A stretch of DNA of 64,000 nucleotides. Source: Octopus sinensis (taxonomy: Eukaryota). Under the pieces are notes generated by a model that searched no databases, was not told the DNA's origin, and saw nothing but the letters and a program-made list of their open reading frames with translations. Position numbers and translations under genes: made by a program. Below, piece after piece: positions 1-12,335 of the stretch (its first letter is position 1; the number at the start of each line of letters is the position of its first letter). The stretch spans positions 23,808,001 to 23,872,000 of the forward strand of contig NC_043022.1 of NCBI RefSeq assembly GCF_006345805.1. The letters are read 5' to 3'.

Positions 1-129
1 TGGAGGGATGAACGATATTAGGTTACCTAGAGCATCCAGCATCCCGCTTAACCTCCCACATGATCTCTCATATCAATCTAACTAGCTATCTAGCTCTCCC
101 TCTTTCTCTGCATCTATCTCTCTCTTTCA

Positions 130-204
<75 letters not shown>

Positions 205-405
205 GGTGTTATGATACAATTCAACCTATCTCTAACTACGCATTTAACTATCCATCTATCTATCTATCTATCTATCTGTCTGTTTGTCGGCCTGTCAGTC
301 TGTAGATATACATATGTATGTATATATAGAGAGAAACAGTTAGATAGATAGATAGAGAAACAGATATGTATGTATATGTATGTGTGTATGTTGTGTATGC
401 ATGTA

Positions 406-445
<40 letters not shown>

Positions 446-553
446 GATATATATATACATCCACAAGTACATACATATGTACACAGATATATATTTGTGT
501 GTATATACATATATGTAATACACACATGCATGCATATATATACGTATATTCTT

Positions 554-947
554 TTACTTTTACTCCTTCACTTGTCTCAGTCATTTTGACTGTGGCCATG
601 CTGGAGCACTGCCTTTAGTCAAACAAATCAACCCCAGGACTTATTCTTTGTAAGCCTAGCACTTATTATTTCAGTCTCTTTTGCCGATCCACTAAGTTAC
701 GGGGACATAAACAAACCAGCATTGGTTGTCAAGCGATGGTGGGGTGGGAGGACAAACACAGACACACACAAGTATGCACACACACACACACACATAAGAT
801 GGACTTCTTTCCATCTACCAAATTCACTCACAAGGCTTTGATTGGCCTGAAGCTATAGTAGAAGACACTTGCCCAAGGTGTCATGCAGTGGGACTTAACC
901 CAGAATCATGTGGTTGGGAAGCAGCTTCTTACCACACAGCCACACCT
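554..947 (-). mobile_element. tRNA-derived SINE, family A (head GG(A/T)GTGGCTGTGTGGTAAG..., internal CA/TA microsatellite)
   Basis: Minus-strand Pol III A/B-box-like head; the same ~400 bp sequence recurs more than 10 times in the window (e.g. 15729, 19212, 22820, 61923). Confidence 0.9.
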
Positions 948-1410
948 ATATGTAAGCATACATGTAAATCACACGCACACACACACACACATACACAGAT
1001 ATATTCAAAGTATTTAAAAATATATTAAAATGTATTTTATAATTTTACATAGTGCAATTATTATCAATATGTTGGTGTACAATGGACATATATATTTGTT
1101 ATACCAAAATTTAACAGTTTACTTCTGAAGTTTGCTTCAGGCTGTCCTGTTTATGCCATTATGTAAATAATGATGTCAGTGTCATCATTTATATCGGTTT
1201 GTTTACAAGTATATACAAGCATGTGTGTGTATTCTTGTTTAAATGCAAGCATGTGTATTTATTATTTGGATATATATGATTTGGCATATTTAAGGTAACC
1301 ATGTGTCAACATATGGCATATGAATGAGTATGCCTGTGTCCTCATATATGTGTGTGCATCCATATATATGGAGTTTGCAAGTGTGTGTATGTGTGTCCAT
1401 ACAATGTCTA

Positions 1411-1492
<82 letters not shown>

Positions 1493-1757
1493 TATTTATA
1501 TTATATATACTCTTTTAGTTGTTTCAGTCATTTGACAGTGGCCATGCTGGAGCACTGCCTTTAGTTGAGCAAATCGACTCCAGGACTTATTCTTTGTAAT
1601 CCTAGTACTTATTTTATTGGTCTCTTTTGCCGAAGCACTAAGTTACCGGTACATAAACACACCAGCATCGGTTGTCAAGCTGGATACCTTACTAATGCCA
1701 ACCACTTTACAGAGTGTAGCAGGTGCTTTTCATGTGGCACCAGCACTAGTGTGGTCA

Positions 1758-2470
1758 CTTAGTATTCACAAGAAAGAGTAAGGTCAGGAGAGTGAAGAGG
1801 ATGAAGTAAAACTTCCATATTTTGTGCCATAATCTTTTCTTGAGTGACTTGGGCAGTATGTGGTCTTTCATTATCCTGCAAAAGTAACATACTTTTACAA
1901 TTGATCCATGATGGATGTTTTTCTGTATATTTTTGTGCAATGCTTCCAATTAATGTCACTACCTCTCCACATTAATTGTTTCACTTCAGTTTAGCTTTTC
2001 ATATCCCATGACACACAGAGCATAACTTTTCTGGGTGAAATCCTGATTTGAAGATAAATTCTCCTTTTCCATTGGGTGCTAACCATTGTTGTTTTCATTG
2101 GATATGATTAGAGAGAACCTATTTTTCATCACTTGTGATAAGTCTACCCTGGAAATGTTCAGTAAGTAGCATGTCTACTCTTCAATGATGTGCAGATTAT
2201 ACTGGTAAGCAGTCAGATGGTGTGGGACCTACTGATCAATTTTCGGCCCTTTTCCTGAGTCATAAAAGTATTTTATGATCAAAGTGTGACTTGAATTAAA
2301 CAGTTTTGCTACCTCTCATTCAGTTTGCTTTAGATTTTCCTCAACTACAGCTTTCAGAAGCTCAATATTGACAGAACTTGTTGTCTGGATCAAGTGGAAT
2401 CTCTGAGAGAAATTTCCCAAGTAAAATTGACATGTCCAGACACTTAAAGCTTCATTTCTATAAACAGAAG
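1758..2470 (-). mobile_element. Degenerate mariner (DD34D) transposase relic
   Basis: ORF 1759-1959 reads LLQDNERPH...EVLLHPLHSPDLT, matching the mariner HDNARPH and HPPYSPDLAP motifs; extent approximate. Confidence 0.75.
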
Positions 2471-2600
2471 AAATATTTCTTGCTGCTTCTAACACCTGGT
2501 GTTAAAAACCAATATATGTATATGCTTCAGAACAATTTATTAGTTGAGTACAGAACATAATATGAAATTAAATGAATAAGAATTATGTAATTAATTTCAT

Positions 2601-2684
2601 CAACTTACAGCTGTTTCTGCTATAAAAAGCAGTACCCTTAGAATTATGTACTTGAGCATTACCATATAGCTTCCTTGAAACTTC
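2601..2684 (-). ncRNA. Decayed type I hammerhead ribozyme (PLE-type)
   Basis: Minus strand: degenerate core TCAAGGA-A, stem II GCTATA/TATAGC, then (A)GAAA, palindromic stem III ACAGCTGT and a GUA triplet. Confidence 0.45.
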
Positions 2685-3247
2685 TAAAGTGAAGTGCCAG
2701 TTTATTTAGGAAAGCATTTATGAACTTGGAAAAGATAACCATCAAAAATATAAAAATACATAAGAAATGATTTATGGGCTTTGAAGGAGAGAAGCTATTC
2801 CCAGAAATATGTAGATTTAGATCATTTTATGTATATACATGTGTGTGTGTGTGGTGTGTGTGTGTGTGTGTGTGTGTATCAGCACACACACATATATGTA
2901 ATGTTAGATAGACAGACAGATATATGGCATGACTGTGTCCAATTTTGATTTATTTCATATTTTCTTATTAATGTGTAGTCACACATTTAAACTAAGGGAA
3001 TATTCTTCAGATAACTGTTAAATACAAATTTGAATCATGAAACTTGTAAACTTGAAGACTCAAACTGTTACATCAGACACACAAGTATAATCTTTTCTCA
3101 TTGGTTGACCATACAATTACAACAAGGATCCTTTGGAATCACAAGAACAGTTGTTTCTCATTGGCTAATCATTCATGTACACAAAGGATACTTTGCAACT
3201 TATCATACAGTACACAAAATAAAACTGTCAGTATTATAATCTTATAT

Positions 3248-3470
3248 AGGCAGTGAGCTGGCAGAATCATTACAACATCAGACAAAATGCTCAGTGGCTT
3301 TTTGTCTGTCTTAATGATCTGGGTTCAATTTCAAATTCTGCCGAGGTCGACTTTGCCTTTCATCCTTTTGAAGTCGATAAAATAAGTACCAGTTGAACAC
3401 TGGGATCAATGTAATTGACTTAACCCCTCCTCCAAACTTGCTGGCCTCGTACCAAAATTTGAAGCCAATA
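3248..3470 (+). mobile_element. tRNA-derived SINE, family B (head GGCGGCGAGCTGGCAGAATCGTTAGC...GTTCAAATTC)
   Basis: A/B-box-like head and conserved body GAGGTCGACTTTGCCTTTCATCC; many copies in the window. Confidence 0.85.
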
Positions 3471-4021
3471 TCATAATTTTATATGGATTTCCATAAAAGA
3501 ATATGAAGAATAACTTTGGGAATTTTTTGGACAGCAAAATACTGACCTAAATTAAACACACAGATGCATCACACATAAAAAATTTTGAAAATAGCAAGAT
3601 ATGAAATCTCCCTGGTTTTCTGTTTTATAATTTTAAATCCAGCATTGAGGATTTTATCAGTTATATAATTATTCCCAAGACCCTTTGTGACTTACTGCAA
3701 AATGCTTGGTTTGGTCTACATAGTATAGTCTGAAAGTGAGAGTGTGAAGATCTTAAAACACCAGCTTGCTGTTATGGTTCCAAACCAAACATAACAAGCT
3801 AATAAGTAAATATGAAAAACCCTTATTAAAAAAGATCAAATTTAAACATCTCTTATTTTTTTATCTTCTACTTGTTTCAATCACTGGACTGTGACCTGGT
3901 GGGACACCACTTAGAAGGGTTTAGTCAAATGAACTGACCCCCAATACCTATTTTTCTTTTTAGCTGTGTAGTTATTCTATTATGGTTGTAAAACAAAATA
4001 CGGTGTCCCTACCAGCAATTA

Positions 4022-4055
<34 letters not shown>

Positions 4056-4244
4056 CGTTTCTATAATGTATTTACCTGAGTCATATATGTCTTTCATATG
4101 TTTTCCCCCCTCGTGTACTTCTTTGTCACATATTTCTGTCATACAGTTACCTAGGTCACTTTTATATTTGTTATTCATTTGTCCATGTTATATTTTTTCA
4201 TAATTCTTCTGTCAGCTCACTACTTTATCAATGATGCTAATATT

Positions 4245-4460
4245 GATTTCAAATTTTGGCACAAGGCCAGCAAATTTAACAGAGGGAGTAAGTCAATTAC
4301 ATTGACCCCAGGTACTTAACTGGAACTTATTTTATCGACCCTGAAAGGATGAAAGGCAAAGTCAACCCTAGTGGCATTTGAACTCAGAACATAAAGACAA
4401 ATGAGATACTTCTAAGCATTTAGTCCAGCATGCTAACAATTCAGCTAGCTCACCATCTTA
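4245..4460 (-). mobile_element. SINE family B copy
   Basis: Reverse-complement match to 3248-3470. Confidence 0.8.
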
Positions 4461-5061
4461 ATGATACTAATATTAACAATGATGATAACTAAGATACTGG
4501 TTACTATCATTGCTTTTGTTGTCATCCTATTGAGGTAAACTTTGCCTTTCATCCTTTTGTGATTGTTAAAATAAAGTACTAGTCAAACACTGGGCTTGGT
4601 GGTATTGACTAACCACATCTCACCTCTTAAAATTGTAGGCCTTATTCCTATATCAAAGACCATTGTCATTTCATCAGTTACTCAGGGCAACAGAGACAGT
4701 ATTAGATCTATCTTCACACCACAATATTTCATTGTATAACAGTATTGGGTATATTCTCATTCTACAACCTGTGGTATTTCAGTTCCAGGATTACTCTTAT
4801 TTACCTTTCTATATCAATATCAAGTCTGTCCTCACTGACATATCTGTGGTGTTTCAGTATAAGTTCAGTCCTCATGAAGTATTTTAGTGATCAGTAGTAA
4901 CATTGGAGACCTGTTCAGTTTCACTCACAGATTTTTTAATTATCTTCTTTTAACTAAACAGTTTGAAACTTTGTATACTGGTGTAATTTCTCATGCTGAA
5001 CACGGTTCACTTTCAACATTTTTGACAAAATTTCGTATTTTAGAAGTTATTTCATGTTAAA

Positions 5062-5322
5062 GTTGTCATATTTGGGTAATTTTAACCAATCAACATGTAT
5101 TCGGTTGAAGAAAGCTACTGCTGTTTGCAATAGTAATCAAAGAGGAACAACTTCCAAGTCATCTCTACTAAATACTACCACTTTGTATGAATAGAACAGA
5201 GTGGTGACAATTAGCAGAGATGACCCAGAAGTTGATCCTCTTCGATTACTACTGCAAATAGCAGTAACTTTCTTCAGTTGAATAGACATCGTTGATTGAT
5301 TAAGATGACCCAAATATGATAA
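5062..5322. repeat. Long imperfect inverted repeat (foldback), ~110 bp arms
   Basis: 5062-5172 is the diverged reverse complement of 5211-5322; the loop holds a second hairpin ACCACTTTGT/ACAGAGTGGT. Confidence 0.85.
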
Positions 5323-5324
5323 TG

Positions 5325-5490
5325 AGATGGCTGGATAATGTCAATAGTTTCTGTTGGTGACACTCCAGAATCCAGCAGGAAAATGTAATGACAGTCACTT
5401 CTGATAGGACCCTATGGAGGAAGTGCTTGAGGACTCTATCCCCACAACCCTCCAAGGAAAAGTTGGCAAAGAAGATGGGTTGATGGATAG
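5325..5490 (+). mobile_element. RTE-type LINE 3' end fragment
   Basis: Reads RWLDNV...VMTVTSDRTLWRKCL and ends in a GGAT-like tail; related copy at 48120-48440 (-). Confidence 0.55.
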
Positions 5491-6501
5491 TAATAGGCCT
5501 GTCTTCATGCACCTATATGTGGAATTTCAGCACTGCATTTGTTCTCACCCTTGTACCAGTGAGTGTACAGTGTTCAGTATTGCTTTATCCTCCCTCAACC
5601 ACTTGTATGGTTTTTCAGTCCTAGGTCCTTCACCCAGTTATGGTATTTCATTATTAAGCCTGTTCTTGCTCATTTATCCACCAGTAGCATTTCAGTATTC
5701 AACAGTACTAGGTATGTTCTCACTTGGCCACTTGTGTTGCTGTCTGTATTCAGTTGAGCTAGGTTGCTTGTAGAGGCAAGGAGTAGGACCATCCAGATGA
5801 TAAGGCATTGGTGTACCAACTTATAGGTCATGTGTTCACATCCCTTGCTAGTGTTCTTACGTGATTATGGGTCAAAGAGGGTGTGGCAGGGACAGACCTA
5901 GTACTACTGATCACAGAAATTCCACAGACGGCTGGGCAAGGGCAGATCTAGCTTGGTCTGAGTGAGCAAAGACAGACCTAGCACTGATAAATACATGATG
6001 GATGGTGAGCAAGGACAGACCTAACACTGATTTATCACAAATGGATGAATGAGAACAGACACCAGTGAATAAAGACAGATGTAGTATACCATATATGGAC
6101 ATTCAGATTAAATACACTGCATATGAACAAGTGATGGTTGATGAATTTTATTCCAAATTACTTCAGCACATTTAGCTTTTGTGTGGTAATAGGTACCAAC
6201 AGATCAACTGGGGAATATTTGCCTGTGAGAGACTGGTGTTTTATCCTGGTGGAGATTTATATCATCATCTCCAAGGTGTTTTTAAGACTAAACATTTTGT
6301 TCCCTTATAACCCCATTTCACTGAAATGTCTATAAAAATATCTATTGTGAGATAATCTGTAGAACATCATCTGTGCAAGACTGGTGGTGCCCTCTATAGA
6401 GGGATATTGCTCTAGTGCCCTGTTGACTTGACCATCCTTGACCACTTCAATTCAGCTGTAACATGCATATTAATACATAACCCTTTTTCTGTCCATTTCA
6501 G

Positions 6502-6535
6502 CTGGAGGCATGGCTGCCAATGCTCCAAAAGGAGG
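6502..6535 (+). CDS. SMTN: Probable 34-bp microexon of the smoothelin-family gene (xGGMAANAPKGG)
   Basis: Acceptor TTTTTCTGTCCATTTCAG and donor GG|GTAAGT; ends in phase 2 and joins exon 8214 in frame (KGG-LAAPAKP). Confidence 0.65.
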
Positions 6536-6602
6536 GTAAGTACTATTATAGTGACATTTTTGTTGGGGGGCTGGTATGTGTGTGTGTGATATACAAAGAC
6601 AT

Positions 6603-7030
6603 ACAAAGTGTATTCCAGAAGTTTTCAGATTTTTCTGGGGAGACATTAATTTTAAAGAAATTACAAACTCATCTTTCAAAGTAGGATTCGCTGACTTCAA
6701 CGCTCTTTGTTGTAGCACTTCAGACACTTCCTAAAAGCCCCATGGAAGTCCTCCAAAGTGAAGGTGTCCAGGATCCTCATCACAGCCTCCTTCATCTTCA
6801 AAACAACTGCCCCTGATATTCTCCTTCAGCTTTGGGAACAACCAAAAGTCACAGGGAGCAAGGTCTCTACTGTAGGGAGTAGGAAGGATAGTTTTGATGC
6901 CCAATGCCATCAGGTTGTTGTTTACTTGGATACTCATGTGTACAGTTGCTACACTATTTCCAAACTGTATGCTAAATGTCTTTATAGGCACACAACAATT
7001 TTCGTGCAGAAAATTGCAAAATTTCTCAGC
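6603..7030 (-). mobile_element. Mariner transposase 3' relic
   Basis: ORF 6731-6991 contains PYSRDLAPCDFWLFPKLKE. Confidence 0.8.
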
Positions 7031-7034
7031 TAGC

Positions 7035-7830
7035 TCTGAAGTTTAAAGTAAATATCCATCTCTGTCTGGTTGTTGACTTTCTTTATTAGGATGTCTAAAA
7101 ATAGTTAGTTATGACTATATTCCATTGAAATGTATTTTAAATTCTTTTAATTTCTCTAAGCTTTCATTTGACAGAATGAAGCAATCATCAAGACAATTCT
7201 TCCAGTTTTCCTCTATGTATTTAAATAAAGAGTTTCCATATTTTTGTAGTGATTTCTAGATAGCAAATAACTAGATTTGCAAAGGTGGGAGCACTTATCA
7301 TACGCATTGCAATCATGTACTTTTGTCAAAAAAATAAGTTGTCATTAAACATTAAGTAGTTATTCTCAAGAATAAATTTTAAGTTCTATTATAAATTCTA
7401 TTTTTATATGGTGAGGAAATTCAACTGGAATTTAATGGCCTCAATTCCTAACTCATGAGAAATGTTTGAAGAGATATTTATATCATTGAAAGATACAATC
7501 ATAGTTTTTTCATCGACTGTTTTCTGAAGATTGTTTATCTTATCTAAGTCATCTATTATGAAATTTCTGGTGTGCTTAAGGAAAGGCTTGAGTAGGATAT
7601 CTAAAAATTTATTCAGACCATGTGTTTCCCATACTGGACCGCTATTATTAATCTTAATTCCAGATGATTTGATGAGAGGACATTAATGTATATGTCATTG
7701 GTCCCCTAGTATGCTTACCTTATTCTTCACTTTTGTGGACTTCTGGTATACCATATAGACACTAGGTTTATATCTAAGTTGGTAATATAGTCATATTCTT
7801 TGTTGGTGAGTCCTTTTCGATATAAATTTT
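7035..7830 (-). mobile_element. Penelope-like element reverse transcriptase relic
   Basis: Broken minus-strand frames give ETHGLNKFLDILLKPFL, VSFND...NISHELGIEAI, ILENNY, APTFANLVICYLE and IEENWKNCLDDCFIL (YLDD box). Confidence 0.75.
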
Positions 7831-8213
7831 CTATATGTTGTGCATATGTGAATGTCCTGCAGGTCTGTTTACATATCTTCTAAATCATTCGCAAGACACC
7901 TGTTAGTATAAGGACTGTTTTTGTTTTTGGTCTTATTATTCTGATTAACTTTTTTGTTCACTTCTATCATTTCCAGCTCCCTTCATTCTTTACAACTTCT
8001 TAATTTTTTTACTCTTCCATCTTTGCAATACCTTTACCAAAGACCATTTCTTTCGCTAAACTTTCTATTCTTATAATTATTCCACACAATACCCTATACT
8101 CTTTTCCTTCCCGCCATGCAATTCATTATCCCCATTAAAACTCCTAATTTTTCAATTCCATCTCTGAGACTGCTCAAACTCAATCCCTAAAACTTTACAA
8201 TTTTCTCTTGTAG

Positions 8214-8310
8214 GCTTGCTGCCCCTGCCAAGCCTGTTACTCGAAGCCCCAGTGCCATTAAACAGATGTTATTGGAATGGACTAAAGCTATGACACAAGA
8301 ATATGCTGAT
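8214..8310 (+). CDS. SMTN: Smoothelin-family exon (LAAPAKPVTRSPSAIKQMLLEWTKAMTQEYAD), start of the CH domain
   Basis: TTTTCTCTTGTAG acceptor, GTAAGT donor; IKQMLLEW is the first helix of the smoothelin-type CH domain. Confidence 0.93.
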
Positions 8311-8354
8311 GTAAGTTTTATGACCAATAACAACAAGCAAAGTTATCTGCTTTG

Positions 8355-8579
8355 TTTGACGTGTTAGCATTCAGATTACACAATCAAATATAATTTATAT
8401 TTATTCACTTTGCTTTGAATTGATCATGAATTATCTAGTAGCTTTGAGATTTCAATGATGTGATTGTTTATTTTTAGAATGACATCGCAGAGTATGTGTG
8501 AGAGACTGGAGCTGGCTTATTTGAACATAAAGCAGAATTTTTGAGTTGGATATGGCTAGTTTAAATGTTAAAGGGTTAA
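8355..8579. mobile_element. piggyBac-like MITE (decayed)
   Basis: Right end AATGTTAAAGGG|TTAA; left end a degenerate inverse (..TTAGCATT). Confidence 0.5.
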
Positions 8580-8697
8580 GAGGATTAGGGGTAATCCAAA
8601 ACAATGTTGGTTATAAGAAATAAAGTTATGGTTGTGTGGCCAATAGTCTAGAACCTTAACCTCACATCCATTGTTATGCATACATGTATGCATACAC

Positions 8698-9070
8698 ATC
8701 ATCATTATCATCGTTTAACGTCCGTTTTCCGCGCTAGCACGGGTTGGACGATTCAACTGGGGTCTGGGAAGCCAGGGGCTGCACCAGGCTCCAGTCTGAT
8801 CTGGCAGTGTTTCTACAGCTGGATGCCCTTCCTAACGCCAACCACTCTGCAAGTGTAGTGGGTGCTTTTTACGTGCCACCGGCACAGGTGCCAGGGGGGG
8901 TCTGGCATCGGTCACGATCAGTTGGTGCTTTTAACATGCCACCGGCACAGAAGCCAGTCAAGGCGGTGCTGGCATTGGCCACGTTCGGATGGTGCTTTTT
9001 ATGTGCCACGGCACAGAAGCCAGTCGAGGCGGCGCTGGCATCGGCCACGTTCGGATGGTGCTTACTATGC
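8698..9070 (-). mobile_element. Retroelement with (GAT)n tail and internal ~60 bp tandem repeats (RTE-partnered SINE-like family)
   Basis: CATCATCGTTTAACGTCCG...GGATGCCCTTCCTAACGCCAACC; further copies at 9449-9810, 10008-10285 and 38119-38270. Confidence 0.75.
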
Positions 9071-9163
9071 ACACATACTCACATTCTCTCTCGTGTAGTA
9101 TGTATAAAGTACATGCATATATATAATATATATATATATATATCATGAATATATAAAATGTAT

Positions 9164-9400
9164 GGAGGTGTGTGGCTTAGTGGTTAGGATATTGGACTCA
9201 TGATTGTAAGATTGTGGTTTTGATTCCTAAACCAAGCAATGCATTGTGTTCTTCAGCAAAACACTTCATTTCACATTGCTCCAGTCCACTCAGCTGGCGA
9301 AAATGAGTAATCCTGTGATGGACCATCATCCTGTCTATGTGGGGAATATATACACTATGGAAGCCAGGAAACTGGCCCTTATGAGAGGTGGTATGCTTCA
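9164..9400 (+). mobile_element. tRNA-derived SINE
   Basis: A box TGGCTTAGTGG and B-box-like GGTTTTGATTCC. Confidence 0.7.
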
Positions 9401-9859
9401 AGAAGGAAATATATAAATGTATACATAGAGGCTTTGTTGCATACATATTCATCATCATCATCATCATCATTGTTTAACATCCGTTTTCCTTGCTAGCATG
9501 GGTTGGATGATTTTGACTGAGGGCTCGTGAACCAGATGGCTGCACCAGGCTCCAGTCTTGACCTGGCAGAGTTTCTACAGCTGGATGCCCTTCCTAACAC
9601 CAACCACTCCAAGAGTGTAGTGGGTGCTTTTTATGTGCCACCTGCACGGGGGCCAGTCAGGCGGTACTGGCAATGACCTCGCTCGAATCTTTTTACACGC
9701 TGGTAACGATCATACTCGAATAGCTGCTCTGTCAACGATCACACTCGTATGGTGCTCTTTGCACCCCGCTAGCATGGATGCCAGTCATCGAGATGATTTT
9801 GATTTTGATATTATATATAATTACACATATATAATTACACACATATATATATGTACACA

Positions 9860-9900
<41 letters not shown>

Positions 9901-10744
9901 ACTGAATTTTATAAGGTCCTTCTGCAAATAACTTCAGTGATGAATGACTAACAATTTCAGCCAATTTTACACTATAGTGTGGTAGTTTATATATGACTTT
10001 TTTTTTTCCGTTTAATGTCTGCTTTCCATGCTGGCATGGGTTGGACGGTTTGACTGAGGACTGGTGAGCCAGAAGCTGCACCAGGCTCAATCTGATTTGG
10101 CAAAGTTTCTACAGCTGGATGCCCTTCCTAATGCCAACCACTCCGAGAGTGTAGTGGGTGCCTTAACGTGCCACCAGCACAAGGGCCAGTCAGGCGGTTC
10201 TGGCGACGACCATGCTCAAAAGTGTTTTTTACATGCTACCAGCACAGGAGCCAGTTCAGTGACACTGGCAACGACCACACTTGAATAGACAGAATACATA
10301 CATTATATATACATATTTCTGTTGATTTACTGAGAAATAATAAATTATAAAGAACTAAAGTATTTTATTGATCAGCCATTTACAAGTTATGTGGGAGTTA
10401 GTAGTTGATGTTTGGTTGTTATTACCTGGCAGGCTGGTGTTGATATTTGCCTCAATAATGGTAGGCGAATGAGAAGATCTCAGACATGGTACTAGCTCCT
10501 TACAGCTAACTTTCCAATGTCAGAATTACAGCTGTGTTCTCTGTGGTTCCTACTTACAGTTATATAGATTATCCTATTCACAGCTAAGTCTTTTGTCCAT
10601 GAACACAGTATAGTGAACTATACCAGACTATAACTAGATAGGCAATGCCATTAACAGTCAAGTATCAGGGTCATGGATACACTACAATGAACTGTATCAC
10701 ACTGTTGTACCCACTTACAGCTATTTAGACTGAGCTGTTGGCAG

Positions 10745-10973
10745 TTAACCTTTTTTTGATACCAATCTGCCTGAGATCACCCTAGGTTCTATGATCAAAT
10801 CTTACTGATTTAAATGATGTAACTTAAAACTTTCCCTCAAAATTCTATGTTAATTTTTGTTCAAAACACTAGCATAGTAATGACAAAATTATTTTACCAA
10901 ATTCTTCATTATTTCCGAAATTAATTGAAGTAAAAGTAGTGTTTCAACAGAAATATCATAATGAAAATGTTAA
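10745..10973. mobile_element. piggyBac-like MITE (decayed)
   Basis: Bounded by TTAA at both ends with degenerate CCTTT.../...AAA(T/G)G termini. Confidence 0.45.
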
Positions 10974-11019
10974 GCTTATTTGTCATCGACACAATATAAT
11001 GAACTATACAACGCTGTCA

Positions 11020-11430
11020 GGATCTTTTCGGTTTGAATGGCAGTTTTTTCTAGCGGTGTAATATGAGATTGTCACCCATAATTATGACCCTTGTATCGAT
11101 CTATTGCATTTCAATCTGTTTTAGGGTTAGGGTTAGGGGTGGGGGGAAGGGTATCTTTTTTTCTTCGCAAATGTAAATAAACCCAATCTGCTTCTTAAAC
11201 GAGGGACATATTCATATGGCACAGAATGTTTTTTACCTCAATGGACGTCAGTGATTGTTTGAAATTGCAGAAATTGAAGAAAAAAACAACAAATATCTTA
11301 CAAACTATAGAATTTTCTCAATAAAGCCAAGAGAAAATGATGTTTTATAAACACATTCTACCAGTATACGAAGTTTAAAATTTTTTAGTTACCTAGAAAT
11401 TAAAAACTGCCGTTCAAACCGAAAAGATCC
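11020..11430. mobile_element. Merlin-type MITE with internal TTAGGG repeats
   Basis: TIR GGATCTTTTCGGTTTGAA(T/C)GGCAGTTTTT at both ends; 8-bp TSD CGCTGTCA (11012-11019) / CACTGTCA (11431-11438); GG termini. Confidence 0.85.
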
Positions 11431-11479
11431 CACTGTCATACTTATTTACAGCTAGATAGACTGGGTGGTTGTTATTGTT

Positions 11480-11915
11480 AACCCTACACTGTGTTAACAT
11501 ATGTTGCCATTACCCTAAAATATTGCCCAACATCTTAACATACAGAATATGTGACCTTCTATATATGCTGTCTTGTTACTCCATATTGTTACCTTGCACT
11601 ACTTTCACCCTACAGTGTTATCCTACACCCTAAATATGTAACCTGTTCAATAATGTGTTCTGTTGTCACTTCTACTCTGTAACTTCATATTGCTATCCAA
11701 CACTGTTTCCCTACATCCCTACACTGCTTCTGCCCTACAATGTTTTCCCATATCCTAAATGTGCAGCCTGCTGTATAATGTCCCCTATTGTCACCCCTAC
11801 ATTATTAGCCAATATTGTTACCCTATAATATTGCCCTACGATCCTCCATGGCTTTCCCTACTACAACATTACCCTACATTCTAAATATGCAACCTGTTCC
11901 CTGTAATATATTCTT
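11480..11915 (+). repeat. Degenerate tandem repeat (~85-127 bp units) abutting a splice acceptor
   Basis: AAT(A/G)TG(C/T)(A/G)..CT core recurs near 11548, 11632, 11757 and 11884. Confidence 0.6.
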
Positions 11916-11929
11916 TGTTATCTTTATAG

Positions 11930-12081
11930 AAAGTTGTGATCACAAATTTCTCCAGCAGTTGGGCCAATGGATTAGCATTCTGTGCCCTTATTCACCATTT
12001 CTACCCTGAATCTTTCGACTTCTATGCCTTGGACCCTAAAAAGAGGAGATATAATTTTGACCTGGCATTTCAGACTGCTGA
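11930..12081 (+). CDS. SMTN: Smoothelin-family CH-domain exon (KVVITNFSSSWANGLAFCALIHHFYPESFDFYALDPKKRRYNFDLAFQTAE)
   Basis: TCTTTATAG acceptor, GTGAGT donor; phase 0 in and phase 2 out match both neighbours; canonical NFSSSWxNGxAFCAL CH motif. Confidence 0.96.
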
Positions 12082-12335
12082 GTGAGTATTATTTGTCCAT
12101 TAAAGTAAATTTAGCTGGCTATGTGTTTGTCTAAATGTATGGCTATGTAACTGTCAATCTATCTAACTAGATGGCTAGGTAGCTGTTTTTCTAACAGGAT
12201 TGTGTGTGTGCATGTGTGCGTGTATGTGTGTGTGTATGTGAGTGTGCGTGTGTGTTTGTGTGTGTGCATAATGTAAGTCAGTAACAGAACATTAAAGTAA
12301 GGACTGCATCACACACATATATATATATATAAATA

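Noticed and set aside
8860-9065. Regularly spaced ~60 bp repeats resembling a CRISPR array
   Set aside because: Units are contiguous tandem repeats without unique spacers, inside a eukaryotic retroelement.
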